64,000 bases of DNA from an uncultured virus (IMG/VR IMGVR_UViG_3300031418_000012) (IMGVR_UViG_3300031418_000012); one strand, 5' to 3'. Positions 40,282-50,136 are shown, counted from the stretch's first letter. The notes: generated by a model not told the origin, from the letters alone. Numbers and translations are program-made.

Positions 40282-42195
40282 ATGTCAGATTTAAATAGCA
40301 ACTTTCAAGTATCAGGCAATTTAACCATTAGTGGTATTATTCCTGATATTCAACTTAGTTCTGCTGAAAAGAATATCCTAATCAAAAAAGAAGATGGTTA
40401 TTATGTCAGACAACCAGACGTAGTTTTACCAGATTTAAGTAGTTTCAAAACTAGCATCGATAATGCCGCTTCAATGGCATCAACTGCACTCGCTGCTTCA
40501 TATACAGTAGAATCAATTGCCGATTTAAAAGCAGTTGAACCAACTACTTCTTCAATTACACATATTCGTGTCAAATCATATTTCAAAGATAAAAATGTCG
40601 GCGGTGGTTATTTCTACTTCGATTCTTCAGATCGTTCATCTGCAACTGATGGTAGTACTATTATAGTTACTGCTAAAGGTGCACGTTGGAAACGTATTAT
40701 TGAAGACCAAAATCAATTAAACGTTACACACTTTGGTGCATTACCTGATGGTAAAACTGACTGTACTGATTCATGTCTTTCTATGCACAAATGGTCACAA
40801 AAGTACAATGCAAGACTTGGTATTCAATTCCCTGCGGGTACTTTTAAATTAAACGGGTTCGACCTAAGCGAAAGTTATGTTTCTACTTTCAGAATGGTTG
40901 GTGCGATGGTATCTTATGGTTATTTCCCAGCTACTACCTTAGTATCAGATAGAACTTCTGGTGCGATGGTTAAAGTTAAAGCTCGCTGGACTGAAGTTGC
41001 AAACTTATTCATCGAAGGCGAAACTGATATAGCTCAGAACACCAAAGGATTCTTTGAAAACACCTGCATCGAAGGTCAGTTTGTTAGAATGGGTAACCTA
41101 CGTTTTAAAAACTTAGGTGGTTTAGCTATTAGTCTTATTGACACATTAGATACTAAAATTGATCAGTTCTATGCAAGTAACTGTTCAGGCGGTGTAATTC
41201 GTGCAACTTGGTCTGGTTCTAAAACGGGTTCGTGGGATCATACTACTGCATGTGAATTATCAAACTTCAACATTCAAAACTGTAAAAGTGATGTTCAGGT
41301 ATTTGATATGCAACGCTGTACTCAATCATTCATCTACAATGGCTGGATTGAGAAAACTACTAATCCTGGAGATCTATCTAACGGTGGTTGGATTATCGAT
41401 GGTCTAAGTATGGAAGATTGTTTAAATCCATTAAACATGACCTTCTGTAAATTTATCATGAAGCAAAAGAACTTCCAAGGTACATCTGCAATTACCACTA
41501 CCGATGAAACTAAAACTCGCTGGTTGTCTATTTGGGAAGATGGTAGTACTGAAATGATGCATCATGGTTTCCGTGGTACTGGTTCAATGAACTATGGATT
41601 CTTAACTTCAGAAAGTCGTTTCTCTAATAACTCTGCAACCTCTGGTTGGGTAAAAGTTGGTACTGTATTTGTTCCTAATGATGGTGACACTATTAATATG
41701 CGTATAATTGGTTCACTAGGTTTCTCTTCTTCAATGAACACTTATGAAGTTGCAAATGGTCGTCATGGTAATGGTGAAGCTACTATCAGAATCCAGAAAA
41801 AATCAAGTGCAATTGGAATGACTTGGGAAGGTCAAGGTTCATGTGCTGTTCAGGATGTTATGTACGTTAGTACTAAAACTGAATGTACTGTGTATGTTAA
41901 ACTTGGTCCATATGTAATGAACTCAGTCGCCATCATCGAAACATCTGCAAAAGACCGTTTTTATGCTGGTGTATGTTTCCGTTGGACGTTCGACGGTACT
42001 AAAATGGCAGAGGCTGATGTATTAGCAACTCCTGGTATTCTACAGGCATTAGGTCAAGCATCGTGGAGTGCTGGTAATAATGGTATAGTATTAAGTGCAG
42101 ATGGTTCAATTGGTATTAAAACTCTACCAATCGAAAATAACCAACTACCACTTTATATTAATGGTGTGTTGTATAAAATCGCATTAACTAAATAA
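40282..42195 (+). CDS. Tailspike-like polysaccharide depolymerase (AmsF/WceF-like beta-helix)
   Basis: VESIADLK..GGGYF..GARWKR tailspike N-module, NVTHFGALPDG pectate-lyase-like start, WDHTTACELSNFNIQ; AAGGA RBS supports ATG 40282; TAAATA at 40226. Confidence 0.7.
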   Translation: MSDLNSNFQVSGNLTISGIIPDIQLSSAEKNILIKKEDGYYVRQPDVVLPDLSSFKTSIDNAASMASTALAASYTVESIADLKAVEPTTSSITHIRVKSYFKDKNVGGGYFYFDSSDRSSATDGSTIIVTAKGARWKRIIEDQNQLNVTHFGALPDGKTDCTDSCLSMHKWSQKYNARLGIQFPAGTFKLNGFDLSESYVSTFRMVGAMVSYGYFPATTLVSDRTSGAMVKVKARWTEVANLFIEGETDIAQNTKGFFENTCIEGQFVRMGNLRFKNLGGLAISLIDTLDTKIDQFYASNCSGGVIRATWSGSKTGSWDHTTACELSNFNIQNCKSDVQVFDMQRCTQSFIYNGWIEKTTNPGDLSNGGWIIDGLSMEDCLNPLNMTFCKFIMKQKNFQGTSAITTTDETKTRWLSIWEDGSTEMMHHGFRGTGSMNYGFLTSESRFSNNSATSGWVKVGTVFVPNDGDTINMRIIGSLGFSSSMNTYEVANGRHGNGEATIRIQKKSSAIGMTWEGQGSCAVQDVMYVSTKTECTVYVKLGPYVMNSVAIIETSAKDRFYAGVCFRWTFDGTKMAEADVLATPGILQALGQASWSAGNNGIVLSADGSIGIKTLPIENNQLPLYINGVLYKIALTK

Positions 42196-42202
42196 ATTAA
42201 AG

Positions 42203-42226
42203 GCCAATCGCAAGATTGGCTTTTTT
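42203..42226 (+). terminator. Intrinsic terminator with GCAA loop
   Basis: GCCAATC-GCAA-GATTGGC-TTTTTT. Confidence 0.85.
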
Positions 42227-42237
42227 GTTTTAACCCC

Positions 42238-42245
42238 AATAAATA
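42238..42245 (+). promoter_or_regulatory. Late promoter AATAAATA
   Basis: TAAATA core upstream of ATG 42277. Confidence 0.6.
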
Positions 42246-42276
42246 CTTGATATAACCATTATATAAGGATATTTTA

Positions 42277-44160
42277 ATGAGTGCAACAAGAATTAAAGGT
42301 GCTGAAGGTGTAATAATTGATAGTAATTACTACCTTGAACTACCTAAAGCACAGACAAAAACTACTACCTTCGCTGAACGTGCAGGTATGATCCGTTATA
42401 ATACAGCATGGAAAGCATTTGAAGGTATTCTTGATTTTGATGATGGTACAGTAGAATACAGACGCTTTGCAAATCTAGATGCTAACGGACAACTATTAAC
42501 ATCACAACTACCAGATTCAATAACAAGTGGTATGGATTATATCGGTACTTATTCACCGATTTCAGATGATATTGATCCACCAATTGTAGCAGGTCAATAT
42601 GACAAACTTCCTGCACCATCAACATCAAATTCAGGGGATTACTTTATTGTTCGTGGTGTTTATGATGCAGCACAAGCACATTATACTGCAAACACTCCAA
42701 GTACTTCACCCGTAATTTTCACCGCAACTAATCCAAGTTCAGCAGGAAACTGGATTGAGATTAAGTACTATTTCGATATCGATCCGGTTGAAACAAGCAA
42801 AAAGATTGTTGTTGCTGCATTCGCACGAATTATTACTTCTGCAATTCCATCATCTGGACATGAAGGATTAGTATCACTTTCCAGCGATACTGATTTAACG
42901 GATGTATTCACTTCAACTAATGATCGCTCAATTGAAAAAGCATTAACTGATGGTGATTGGATTATCAGTACTGGTGTTAAACAACAACGCCTACGTAGTT
43001 CTCGTGTAAGTATAAGTGCTGGAGCAGTTACTTTTGACCGCACACTTTCAACTGCAACCAATCGTGGCTTTACATCAAGCACAGGTACAGTACAAACCAT
43101 CACTGATAGTCTTATCCAATTCGGTTTACGCCGCACTGGAGACGCTATGTACGACGATGGCGGTAAAGGTGCCGGACGGTTAGGGGTAACTTATGGTACT
43201 GCCACAGCCCCTGCTATTGCGTTTAACAATACTACATTTGACCCAACCTCTAATCCAGGAATTGATCCTACACTATGGTCAGATACTACAACTGGTATTT
43301 TCCATCCAGCTACTGGTAGCATTGGTTTAAGTGCTAGTGGAATAGAGCGTTTACGTATTTCTCCAACACAGATTATAACATATCCGGTAACTACTGCAAC
43401 GGCAACAACACCGAATATTCTATTCTCAGCAACTGGTAATACTCAGCTTGGTCTTTTGACAACATCTAATACTATTAGATTTGTTAGTAATGGTGCGGTT
43501 AACGTTACCTTTGCACAAGGTCTAAGTACTTTTAGTGGTGATGTTTCCGTAACAGGTAACACGCAATTAGGTGATGCATCAACTGACACCGTTACTGTAA
43601 CCGCATTAAGTAATTTCAATAATACAAGTAACAGTTTTGCTGGATTGCAGATGATATCTGGCTCAGTAATGACATTTAATGGTACAAACACTGCTTCAAT
43701 TACCAAAGGTGCAACATCTTTGAATATTAATATGACTGCATATGATGATGTATCTATTATGGATGGAAGTACGCTACGTACTAAATTCAATAGGTATGGT
43801 ATTCAGTTACCAGTTCTAAATCCAATTGATGATTCGGTTGGCGTTGATGGGATGATTGCATATAGTTCTTCAAGAAGTACTGTCATGCAGAAAACTGGTG
43901 GTAAGTGGGTTGTGGTAGGTTCTGGTGGTGGGGTAGCTACTACTTTCGCAGTATCAGATTGGGTCTTAAATGGTTCTAATTATAATTATACCATTACAAG
44001 TGCTAATATCCTAAACGTGACTGTTCAGGAATTAAGTGGTTCTAATTATAGTCCAGTTGAAGTTGATACTATCGTAATATCACCAACTAACGCAGTTCTA
44101 TCAGTACCTGCAAGTCCAGATTTGAGATTTGCTGGTCGCGTAATTGTACAATATCAATAA
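42277..44160 (+). CDS. Tail fibre-like structural protein
   Basis: GMIRYNT..FEG, LDANGQL...QLP, GTATAPAIAF and DTTTGIFHP fibre motifs. Confidence 0.6.
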   Translation: MSATRIKGAEGVIIDSNYYLELPKAQTKTTTFAERAGMIRYNTAWKAFEGILDFDDGTVEYRRFANLDANGQLLTSQLPDSITSGMDYIGTYSPISDDIDPPIVAGQYDKLPAPSTSNSGDYFIVRGVYDAAQAHYTANTPSTSPVIFTATNPSSAGNWIEIKYYFDIDPVETSKKIVVAAFARIITSAIPSSGHEGLVSLSSDTDLTDVFTSTNDRSIEKALTDGDWIISTGVKQQRLRSSRVSISAGAVTFDRTLSTATNRGFTSSTGTVQTITDSLIQFGLRRTGDAMYDDGGKGAGRLGVTYGTATAPAIAFNNTTFDPTSNPGIDPTLWSDTTTGIFHPATGSIGLSASGIERLRISPTQIITYPVTTATATTPNILFSATGNTQLGLLTTSNTIRFVSNGAVNVTFAQGLSTFSGDVSVTGNTQLGDASTDTVTVTALSNFNNTSNSFAGLQMISGSVMTFNGTNTASITKGATSLNINMTAYDDVSIMDGSTLRTKFNRYGIQLPVLNPIDDSVGVDGMIAYSSSRSTVMQKTGGKWVVVGSGGGVATTFAVSDWVLNGSNYNYTITSANILNVTVQELSGSNYSPVEVDTIVISPTNAVLSVPASPDLRFAGRVIVQYQ

Positions 44161-44187
44161 AAAAAGGAGCCGTTGGCTCCTTTTCTT
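44159..44187. terminator. Bidirectional terminator
   Basis: AAAAGGAGCC-GTT-GGCTCCTTTT between convergent genes. Confidence 0.85.
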
Positions 44188-45120
44188 TTATACAGCCATT
44201 GGTGCTTTAATGGTTGCGTCTGGATTATAGTTCTCTAACCGGAATGAATCCATTGTGAACTTTTCAATATCATCAATTAAAGGATCAATCCATAGAGTAG
44301 GTAACTCTTTTGGAGTGCGTTCTAATTGCTCTTTAACTTGTTCAACGTGGTTTTTATAGATGTGACAATCACCACCCATCCAAATAAACTCACCAACTCC
44401 CAATCCACAAACTTGTGCTAACATATGAGTTAGTAGTGAATATGATGCGATGTTAAATGGAACACCTAAGAATAAATCAGCAGAACGTTGATATAACGTA
44501 CAAGATAGTTTCCCATCAACTACGAAGAACTGACTAAATGCATGACATGGTGGTAGAGTCATTTTATCAAGTTCTCCAACATTCCATGCAGTCATGATAT
44601 GACGACGACTGTCTGGATTATTTTTCAATCCATCGATTAATACCTGTAGTTGGTCAATCTTTTTACGATAAACATCAACACATTTAGCAGTATCCTCAGC
44701 AACTAGTTCATAGTTGTTATCTGTACAATAATTATATTCATCAACACTATTAACTACAATGTAATCATACCATTCACGCCATTGTTTACCATATACTGGA
44801 CCCAATTCACCATCAGAATAACCTAATGCTACTCCCTGATTCTGGTAATTACCTGTCCAAATAGTTTTCTTTTCCCAATCACGTGTACCATGAAGTATTT
44901 CAGCTAAACGTCGTTCGTCATGTGAACCTTCAATAAACCACAATAGTTCAGATAGCATTGCTTTCCATGCTAAACGTTTGGTAGTTGTCGCTGGATAACC
45001 CGCGTTCAAATCAAACCGCATTGTTTGACCGATTAATTTGATAGTACCTGTACCAGTTCTGTCAGAACTCTCAGAACCTTCTTCAAGTACTTTCGCGTAT
45101 AGATCGTGTAATTGCTGCAT
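44188..45120 (-). CDS. thyA: Thymidylate synthase
   Basis: DRTGTGT, ELLWF, SRRHI, LPPCH, YQRSADLFLGVPFNIASY and HIYKNH motifs; C-terminal MAV. Confidence 0.97.
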   Translation of the reverse strand: MQQLHDLYAKVLEEGSESSDRTGTGTIKLIGQTMRFDLNAGYPATTTKRLAWKAMLSELLWFIEGSHDERRLAEILHGTRDWEKKTIWTGNYQNQGVALGYSDGELGPVYGKQWREWYDYIVVNSVDEYNYCTDNNYELVAEDTAKCVDVYRKKIDQLQVLIDGLKNNPDSRRHIMTAWNVGELDKMTLPPCHAFSQFFVVDGKLSCTLYQRSADLFLGVPFNIASYSLLTHMLAQVCGLGVGEFIWMGGDCHIYKNHVEQVKEQLERTPKELPTLWIDPLIDDIEKFTMDSFRLENYNPDATIKAPMAV

Positions 45121-45427
45121 TTTCTTTCCTTAGATCATAAACTGTTTTATTCAACTCTTTAATTTTATTTTGGAATTGAATAATTATTTCTTCCATGTTG
45201 TATTGTATGCTAGACAACTCTCTGTCGTAGCGGTCTTCTGCCTCAGAATAACCATCTTTGTGAGAACGTTCGAGATCCTTTTCGTGGTTATATTCCAAAT
45301 CGCCAATTTTTTTTTCGTAATCGACTACAGCTTCTTTATAACCTTCGTCATAACCTTCAGAATGGCCTAATTCCCTTCCAGCTTCAACACCTTCTTCGTA
45401 ACCATCTTCGTATGAATATTCCGACAT
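45083..45427 (-). CDS. Hypothetical acidic coiled-coil protein with GxxxG repeats
   Basis: EDGYEEGVEAGRELGHSEGYDEGY; tightly packed in operon, overlaps the thyA start. Confidence 0.6.
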   Translation of the reverse strand: MSEYSYEDGYEEGVEAGRELGHSEGYDEGYKEAVVDYEKKIGDLEYNHEKDLERSHKDGYSEAEDRYDRELSSIQYNMEEIIIQFQNKIKELNKTVYDLRKENAAITRSIREST

Positions 45428-45430
45428 ATA

Positions 45431-46018
45431 TCACTCAAATTTAGAGGCGAAGTTATCCATATGTTCTTGCGTTGCACGGCGAGTACCGATGCCCGTCCAT
45501 TTACCATGTGGTTTAGGAACACTTTCAACTTCTATAAATTGTTTTGTTTGATTACAGTACTGATATACTTTGTTATCCATAATATCGTAGTGATAAATTT
45601 CTTTATCTTCGTTATCACGGTCTAGGTACATTTGAACCGCCCATGCAGTTCCGCCATCTAATTGTGAAGGAGATACTAATTCACCGATGGTATATACTCT
45701 TTCAGTACAATAAATTTGATAGCTATTCCTAGCTAGTAAATTGTATACATAACCGAATCTAGGAACGCTTCTTCCTAGTGTTCGATTAGCTAATTTTAAT
45801 TGATCCTGCACTTCTTTACAGGTTAGTAATTCGTTTGGTAATTCAACAACAGTACTTTCATCAACATGTGCTTTATGAGCAGCAAAGGAAAAGTGTATTT
45901 CATCTTGACCATTCGCTGACGCCCACAAACCAAAAAGGCGGTCAGCTCCCGCTGCACCGCCACTGAAACATACGTTTTCGAATCCCATCAAAATGACAGC
46001 TAATTCATTACGTTGCAT
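45431..46018 (-). CDS. SLOG-superfamily (DprA/YpsA-like Rossmannoid) protein
   Basis: SGGAAGAD, LARN and GGTAWAV motifs in the canonical SLOG order. Confidence 0.55.
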   Translation of the reverse strand: MQRNELAVILMGFENVCFSGGAAGADRLFGLWASANGQDEIHFSFAAHKAHVDESTVVELPNELLTCKEVQDQLKLANRTLGRSVPRFGYVYNLLARNSYQIYCTERVYTIGELVSPSQLDGGTAWAVQMYLDRDNEDKEIYHYDIMDNKVYQYCNQTKQFIEVESVPKPHGKWTGIGTRRATQEHMDNFASKFE

Positions 46019-46310
46019 CTTTATCTTCTAATTTTGATAGTAAGTCTTTAATACTTTCGTCTTCTAATGAAAAGCTAGTTTCAAGAGCCGCTAAAATAAC
46101 GGCTGCTGATTTAATCAATGATGAACGAAACTCATCAAACGATATATGCTTATCTGGTCTAGAAGCACTTTCAAATAAGTAGTATCCTGCTAGACCTGTC
46201 CAATCATTTTTCGTTTTAAGATGGTCTGCTAAAGTATTTGGGTTGCTCATTTGACGTAAGCGTTCTTCGATAATTAAAGAAATTATCTCATCCCTAGATA
46301 CTTTTGGCAT
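46008..46310 (-). CDS. Small helical protein, possibly MazG-like
   Basis: IIEERLRQ...W...LIKSAAVILAALE pattern. Confidence 0.4.
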   Translation of the reverse strand: MPKVSRDEIISLIIEERLRQMSNPNTLADHLKTKNDWTGLAGYYLFESASRPDKHISFDEFRSSLIKSAAVILAALETSFSLEDESIKDLLSKLEDKDAT

Positions 46311-46964
46311 TTATTCACCTTTTCGTTCTTTTAGAACTTTCTTGACTAGTTCAACTGCTTTAGTTTGTGAAATACCTTCAGGTAGTTCAACGAAAACAGA
46401 AGTAGTATCACTTGATGCTGCTGGTAGTGTACCTTCATATGGGCGAAGACTTGGATCTAGGCTATATGCACGGTCACGGTTTTCACGAGCTAATTGCTCG
46501 TATTTGTCAGCTTCTTCAAGTAGACGACCTACGATTGAGTTCTGTTCTGGATATTGATTAGCAGATTGCTCATAAGGATTGAATGACTTAACAGTACCGT
46601 CCTGAACAACCGAAGATTGATTGATTTCTTCGTTTAGAACATTAAGTGGGATTTTGTTATTTCCACCAACATGCATATCAACATCTAATGTGTTTTGTTT
46701 ACGGATATAACCCATGCGGTGTAATACAGATAGCATATTACTACCTTCTAGAGTTCCGATTTTGTCCATTACATCCCATAGTTCGATAGAACTTTGACCG
46801 CGACCTAGAACTAGTTCAGCTACACGGTTAGAATAAACTTCCGGTAGTGAATCGCGATAAATCACCAAGCAATGCAATGGATCATTTTCAAGCTGACGCC
46901 ATACTACGAAGACACGAGAGCCAGTACTGCGAATAACACCGCAGTGGCGAGTAATTCCGCTCAT
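46311..46964 (-). CDS. Hypothetical protein
   Basis: GGAG RBS supports ATG 46964; the longer ORF-track start overlaps the neighbouring gene. Confidence 0.7.
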   Translation of the reverse strand: MSGITRHCGVIRSTGSRVFVVWRQLENDPLHCLVIYRDSLPEVYSNRVAELVLGRGQSSIELWDVMDKIGTLEGSNMLSVLHRMGYIRKQNTLDVDMHVGGNNKIPLNVLNEEINQSSVVQDGTVKSFNPYEQSANQYPEQNSIVGRLLEEADKYEQLARENRDRAYSLDPSLRPYEGTLPAASSDTTSVFVELPEGISQTKAVELVKKVLKERKGE

Positions 46965-46965
46965 A

Positions 46966-47190
46966 TTACTCTCCTTGTTCTGCTGAGTCAGCAGCTTTTT
47001 GTGCAGCTTCTTGTTCAGCAAGAATTGCAGCAGAGAAATCTTGGAAACGAGAAACGATTGGTGCAACTTCAGCTAGTTCTTTAACGTTAAAGATACCGCG
47101 TTCAATAGCTGCTTCCATGATTTTAGTTGCATTGACAATATCAATGTATTCTAGCTGTGGTCCAGCAACTTCGTTATTTTGTTCACTCAT
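46966..47190 (-). CDS. Hypothetical protein (74 aa)
   Basis: GGAG RBS; first gene after the promoter at 47226. Confidence 0.7.
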   Translation of the reverse strand: MSEQNNEVAGPQLEYIDIVNATKIMEAAIERGIFNVKELAEVAPIVSRFQDFSAAILAEQEAAQKAADSAEQGE

Positions 47191-47225
47191 TATATACACT
47201 CCATGTATTTTTAATAATTATCTAT

Positions 47226-47254
47226 ATTATACCACAAAATTGTAGTACGTTTCA
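47226..47254 (-). promoter_or_regulatory. Early/middle-type promoter
   Basis: TGAAACG-N16-TATAAT with TGTGG extended -10. Confidence 0.75.
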
Positions 47255-47284
47255 AAAAAATAAGGCCGTCATCCATAACGACCT
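47255..47284 (-). terminator. Intrinsic terminator after the VWA gene
   Basis: Minus-strand GGTCGTTA-TGGA-TGACGGCC stem (G-U pairs) followed by a T-tract. Confidence 0.65.
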
Positions 47285-47295
47285 CCTATTTATGT

Positions 47296-48648
47296 TTATC
47301 GATTTTCCGCTTCGTATTCGTAATGAACAGTAACACCGAATGGTGATTCTTTGCGTGGATTAGAGTGTACAATAAACAATGTATCACAATAATCAGGATC
47401 GCCCCATGAACCCCACGGTTCACCATCAGTAAACATAACTAACTGCTTAGGACAGTAATTCTGTTCTTTCATGAAATCCCAAACTGCCGTGAATAAAGTA
47501 CCGCCACCGCCTTTTACTGGATATGAAAGAATTTGTTGTTCTTGACCATTAGTATAATCGTGTACTTCATAAACGTCCGTATCAAAGGTTAGAACCCTAA
47601 TCTTAAATTGAGAGAACTGTTTAGTAATTCCGTATACTTCAGATAAAAAGTCTTTTAGCATCTCAGTACTAATACTTCCAGAAGCATCTAATGCAACGCA
47701 AATATCAATATCTTGATCTGGTTTTAGACCTGGGAATATTGGATAACCAAACCCAATTCCATTAGCCCACGAACGACGAGATGGCATCATATAACTAGTA
47801 TCATTCTTAATTAGTGAACGAATAGTACGGTTTAGTTTAGAACGCCAATCAATTTTAGGTTCCTTGAACTCATCAATCATTGCACGGATTTCAGGTGGTG
47901 CACCTTTTGCCATTGCAGCGTTAATCATGGCATCTTTAAATGATTCCATAAATGATTCCAATTCTTCTTCTGAGAAGTTAGGAAGATCATCGTATTCTTC
48001 ATCAGAATCTTCAGGGTTATCGGATTGTTGTGGAATATCATGCTGGTCTAATGTACCACCACCTTTACCACCACTACCGGAACCACCACCACCGCCATCA
48101 CCATCTTCTACAAGTTTATTGTAGATTTCTTCTGCTGCCATTCCTTCATATTGTGGATCGTACAACCAGGTTGATTGAATCTCACCTAGATTTTTATCAC
48201 GATTAATAATCTGGTTAATTGCAAAGTCTGCCGCACGGTTCCATTTATTACGATCACGAGTTCCTTTACGCAAGAAATGGTTATACGCACAGTGAAGAAT
48301 TTCATGACATAATGCAGCGATTAGATTCTTTTGTGTTAGTCCATCAAGAGAATTCTTGATTTGTTCTTCAGTGATAGAATCAATTGCATCACGAAGTTGA
48401 TCTTCATATTCTTTACGAAGTGCTGGGTTTTCAATACCTGTAATGAACTCTGCATTATAATATAGATGCTTACCATCTACAGCTAGGGTTCTGCACCATG
48501 TATTGTTTTCAACTAGTTTAAGCTGTGCAGCAAGTACTCCGAAGAATGGACACGTCATGACCATTGCAGTACGTGCAACAATAATACGGTCAAGACAATC
48601 TTTAGATTTTGCAGCAGAAACTTGATACTTAGGTTTTTTGTTTGACAT
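47296..48648 (-). CDS. Metallopeptidase-like plus VWA domain protein (DUF2201-like)
   Basis: HEILH zincin motif; MIDAS DASGS, GGGT and FTDG. Confidence 0.85.
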   Translation of the reverse strand: MSNKKPKYQVSAAKSKDCLDRIIVARTAMVMTCPFFGVLAAQLKLVENNTWCRTLAVDGKHLYYNAEFITGIENPALRKEYEDQLRDAIDSITEEQIKNSLDGLTQKNLIAALCHEILHCAYNHFLRKGTRDRNKWNRAADFAINQIINRDKNLGEIQSTWLYDPQYEGMAAEEIYNKLVEDGDGGGGGSGSGGKGGGTLDQHDIPQQSDNPEDSDEEYDDLPNFSEEELESFMESFKDAMINAAMAKGAPPEIRAMIDEFKEPKIDWRSKLNRTIRSLIKNDTSYMMPSRRSWANGIGFGYPIFPGLKPDQDIDICVALDASGSISTEMLKDFLSEVYGITKQFSQFKIRVLTFDTDVYEVHDYTNGQEQQILSYPVKGGGGTLFTAVWDFMKEQNYCPKQLVMFTDGEPWGSWGDPDYCDTLFIVHSNPRKESPFGVTVHYEYEAENR

Positions 48649-48664
48649 AACTTCCTCAAATCAT

Positions 48665-48686
48665 AAAAGGGGCATAAGCCCCTTTA
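48665..48686 (-). terminator. Terminator-like hairpin between the AAA and VWA genes
   Basis: AAAGGGGC-N4-GCCCCTTT. Confidence 0.65.
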
Positions 48687-48690
48687 TTAA

Positions 48691-50025
48691 TTACTTCATT
48701 GAACGTGCTTTACGTAGTAGCTCACCATAATTTTTAACGAAGTCACGGAATACTGGAACTTCACTATAAGTGATGATTACGTTTGCATCAGTAATTGCAC
48801 GAATAGCATGTACAATTAGTTCTTTTTGAGTTTCAGCAAAGTTGGTATCAATGAAAGTTAAGAAGTTGGAGCAATATGTACCCCACTGTTCAACTTCCAA
48901 TTGTCCACGTTGACGGAAATCTGCTAGTTCAATAATTGCTTGGGTAAGACTCAATGTAATAAAGTAGTTTTTAGAAATTTCTTCTTTATGTTTACCGAAG
49001 CTAGTAATTGTCCCACTTAGAATATCACGTACTGATGGTAGGTCTGCCATTTGTTCAACATAAGTAGTGTATTCGATGCCTGCACGAGTACCAACGCGAC
49101 CTGCAACCATTGCTTTATATACAGGTGAAGAAATATCAGTACTTAGACGATGATCTTCAATATCAGCAACACGAGTCCATGAACGAGGTGAAGCACCACC
49201 TGCATGACTTGTATCTTTTGGACTTAAAGTGTTAAACCATTTTGCACCAGTTTCTTTGATGAATGCGATAGTGGTTGCATTCACACGATTAGGAATTGCA
49301 AAGTTTTCAATCCAATCGTTATAGTCTGGAATCATTTCAACGTGAGTCATGCGGTCACGTAGTGGAGTTGCAAGACTAAATGTTACACCACCATCAGTCT
49401 CACGGTTACCCGCTGCAAGAACTAGAGCTTTCTTTGGTAGTACTAGTTCACCAACACGGCGATCAAGAATTAGCTGATATGATGCGGCCTGTACAATTGG
49501 CATTGCCGAGTTGATTTCATCAAAGATGATAACCCCTTCCCAATCTTCAGGTAGTTGTAAAATCTGTGGAGAAGCCCAAACTACACCAACTTGTTCGGTA
49601 TATCCTGGATTATCTGCAAGCTCAGATTCCATAATAACGCGACCATCTTTAGCAAAGTATGCTTTTACTGGAATTGGAATACCACGTAAATCTGATGGTT
49701 CAATTTGTGATAGACGGAAATCAATAAAGTTCATGTCTTGATCAAGTAGTAGACTATTAAATTTATCATAATCTGCCATTGTGACCATTGGGTCATCTTC
49801 GTTTTGTGCACGACGAAATAGTTGGTCTAATTTTTCTTGGCTTTTACTACGGAGAGGATAATGTGTATTCGCATATTGTAATGCTAGTGCGGATTTACCG
49901 ATACCTGGTGGACCCCAAATCATTAGACTGTCACCAATAGCGTCAGCGACTGCCATTGCTTCAAGTACTTGGGATGCTTTTAGATCATAGCTTAGGATAT
50001 TTACAGGGGCTTTTGACTCACTCAT
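48691..50025 (-). CDS. MoxR-family AAA+ ATPase
   Basis: GPPGIGKS, IIFDEIN, AAGN, LRDRM and SPRSW motifs. Confidence 0.88.
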   Translation of the reverse strand: MSESKAPVNILSYDLKASQVLEAMAVADAIGDSLMIWGPPGIGKSALALQYANTHYPLRSKSQEKLDQLFRRAQNEDDPMVTMADYDKFNSLLLDQDMNFIDFRLSQIEPSDLRGIPIPVKAYFAKDGRVIMESELADNPGYTEQVGVVWASPQILQLPEDWEGVIIFDEINSAMPIVQAASYQLILDRRVGELVLPKKALVLAAGNRETDGGVTFSLATPLRDRMTHVEMIPDYNDWIENFAIPNRVNATTIAFIKETGAKWFNTLSPKDTSHAGGASPRSWTRVADIEDHRLSTDISSPVYKAMVAGRVGTRAGIEYTTYVEQMADLPSVRDILSGTITSFGKHKEEISKNYFITLSLTQAIIELADFRQRGQLEVEQWGTYCSNFLTFIDTNFAETQKELIVHAIRAITDANVIITYSEVPVFRDFVKNYGELLRKARSMK

Positions 50026-50076
50026 ACTTCAATCTTTACCTTTGTTATAATTAAAAAATAATCAGATCCATCTGAC

Positions 50077-50106
50077 AAAAAGAAAGCACTGAATCATCAG
50101 TGCTTT
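50077..50106 (-). terminator. Terminator-like hairpin in the AAA-gene leader
   Basis: AAAGCACTGA-N4-TCAGTGCTTT followed by CTTTTT on the minus strand. Confidence 0.7.
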
Positions 50107-50136
50107 GTTTTAGATTTCCATCATTTTCTTAGTGCT

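Noticed and set aside
44188..45120. Possible dCMP hydroxymethylase or intron-containing td
   Set aside because: Has Asn in PFNIASY (dUMP-specific) and a continuous ORF; the ~30-aa insertion is too short for an intein or intron
46965..47066. Extended N-termini in the ORF track (also 4157, 10828, 11307, 14853, 27217, 40267)
   Set aside because: Downstream ATGs have properly spaced RBSs and avoid overlap with neighbouring genes or promoters
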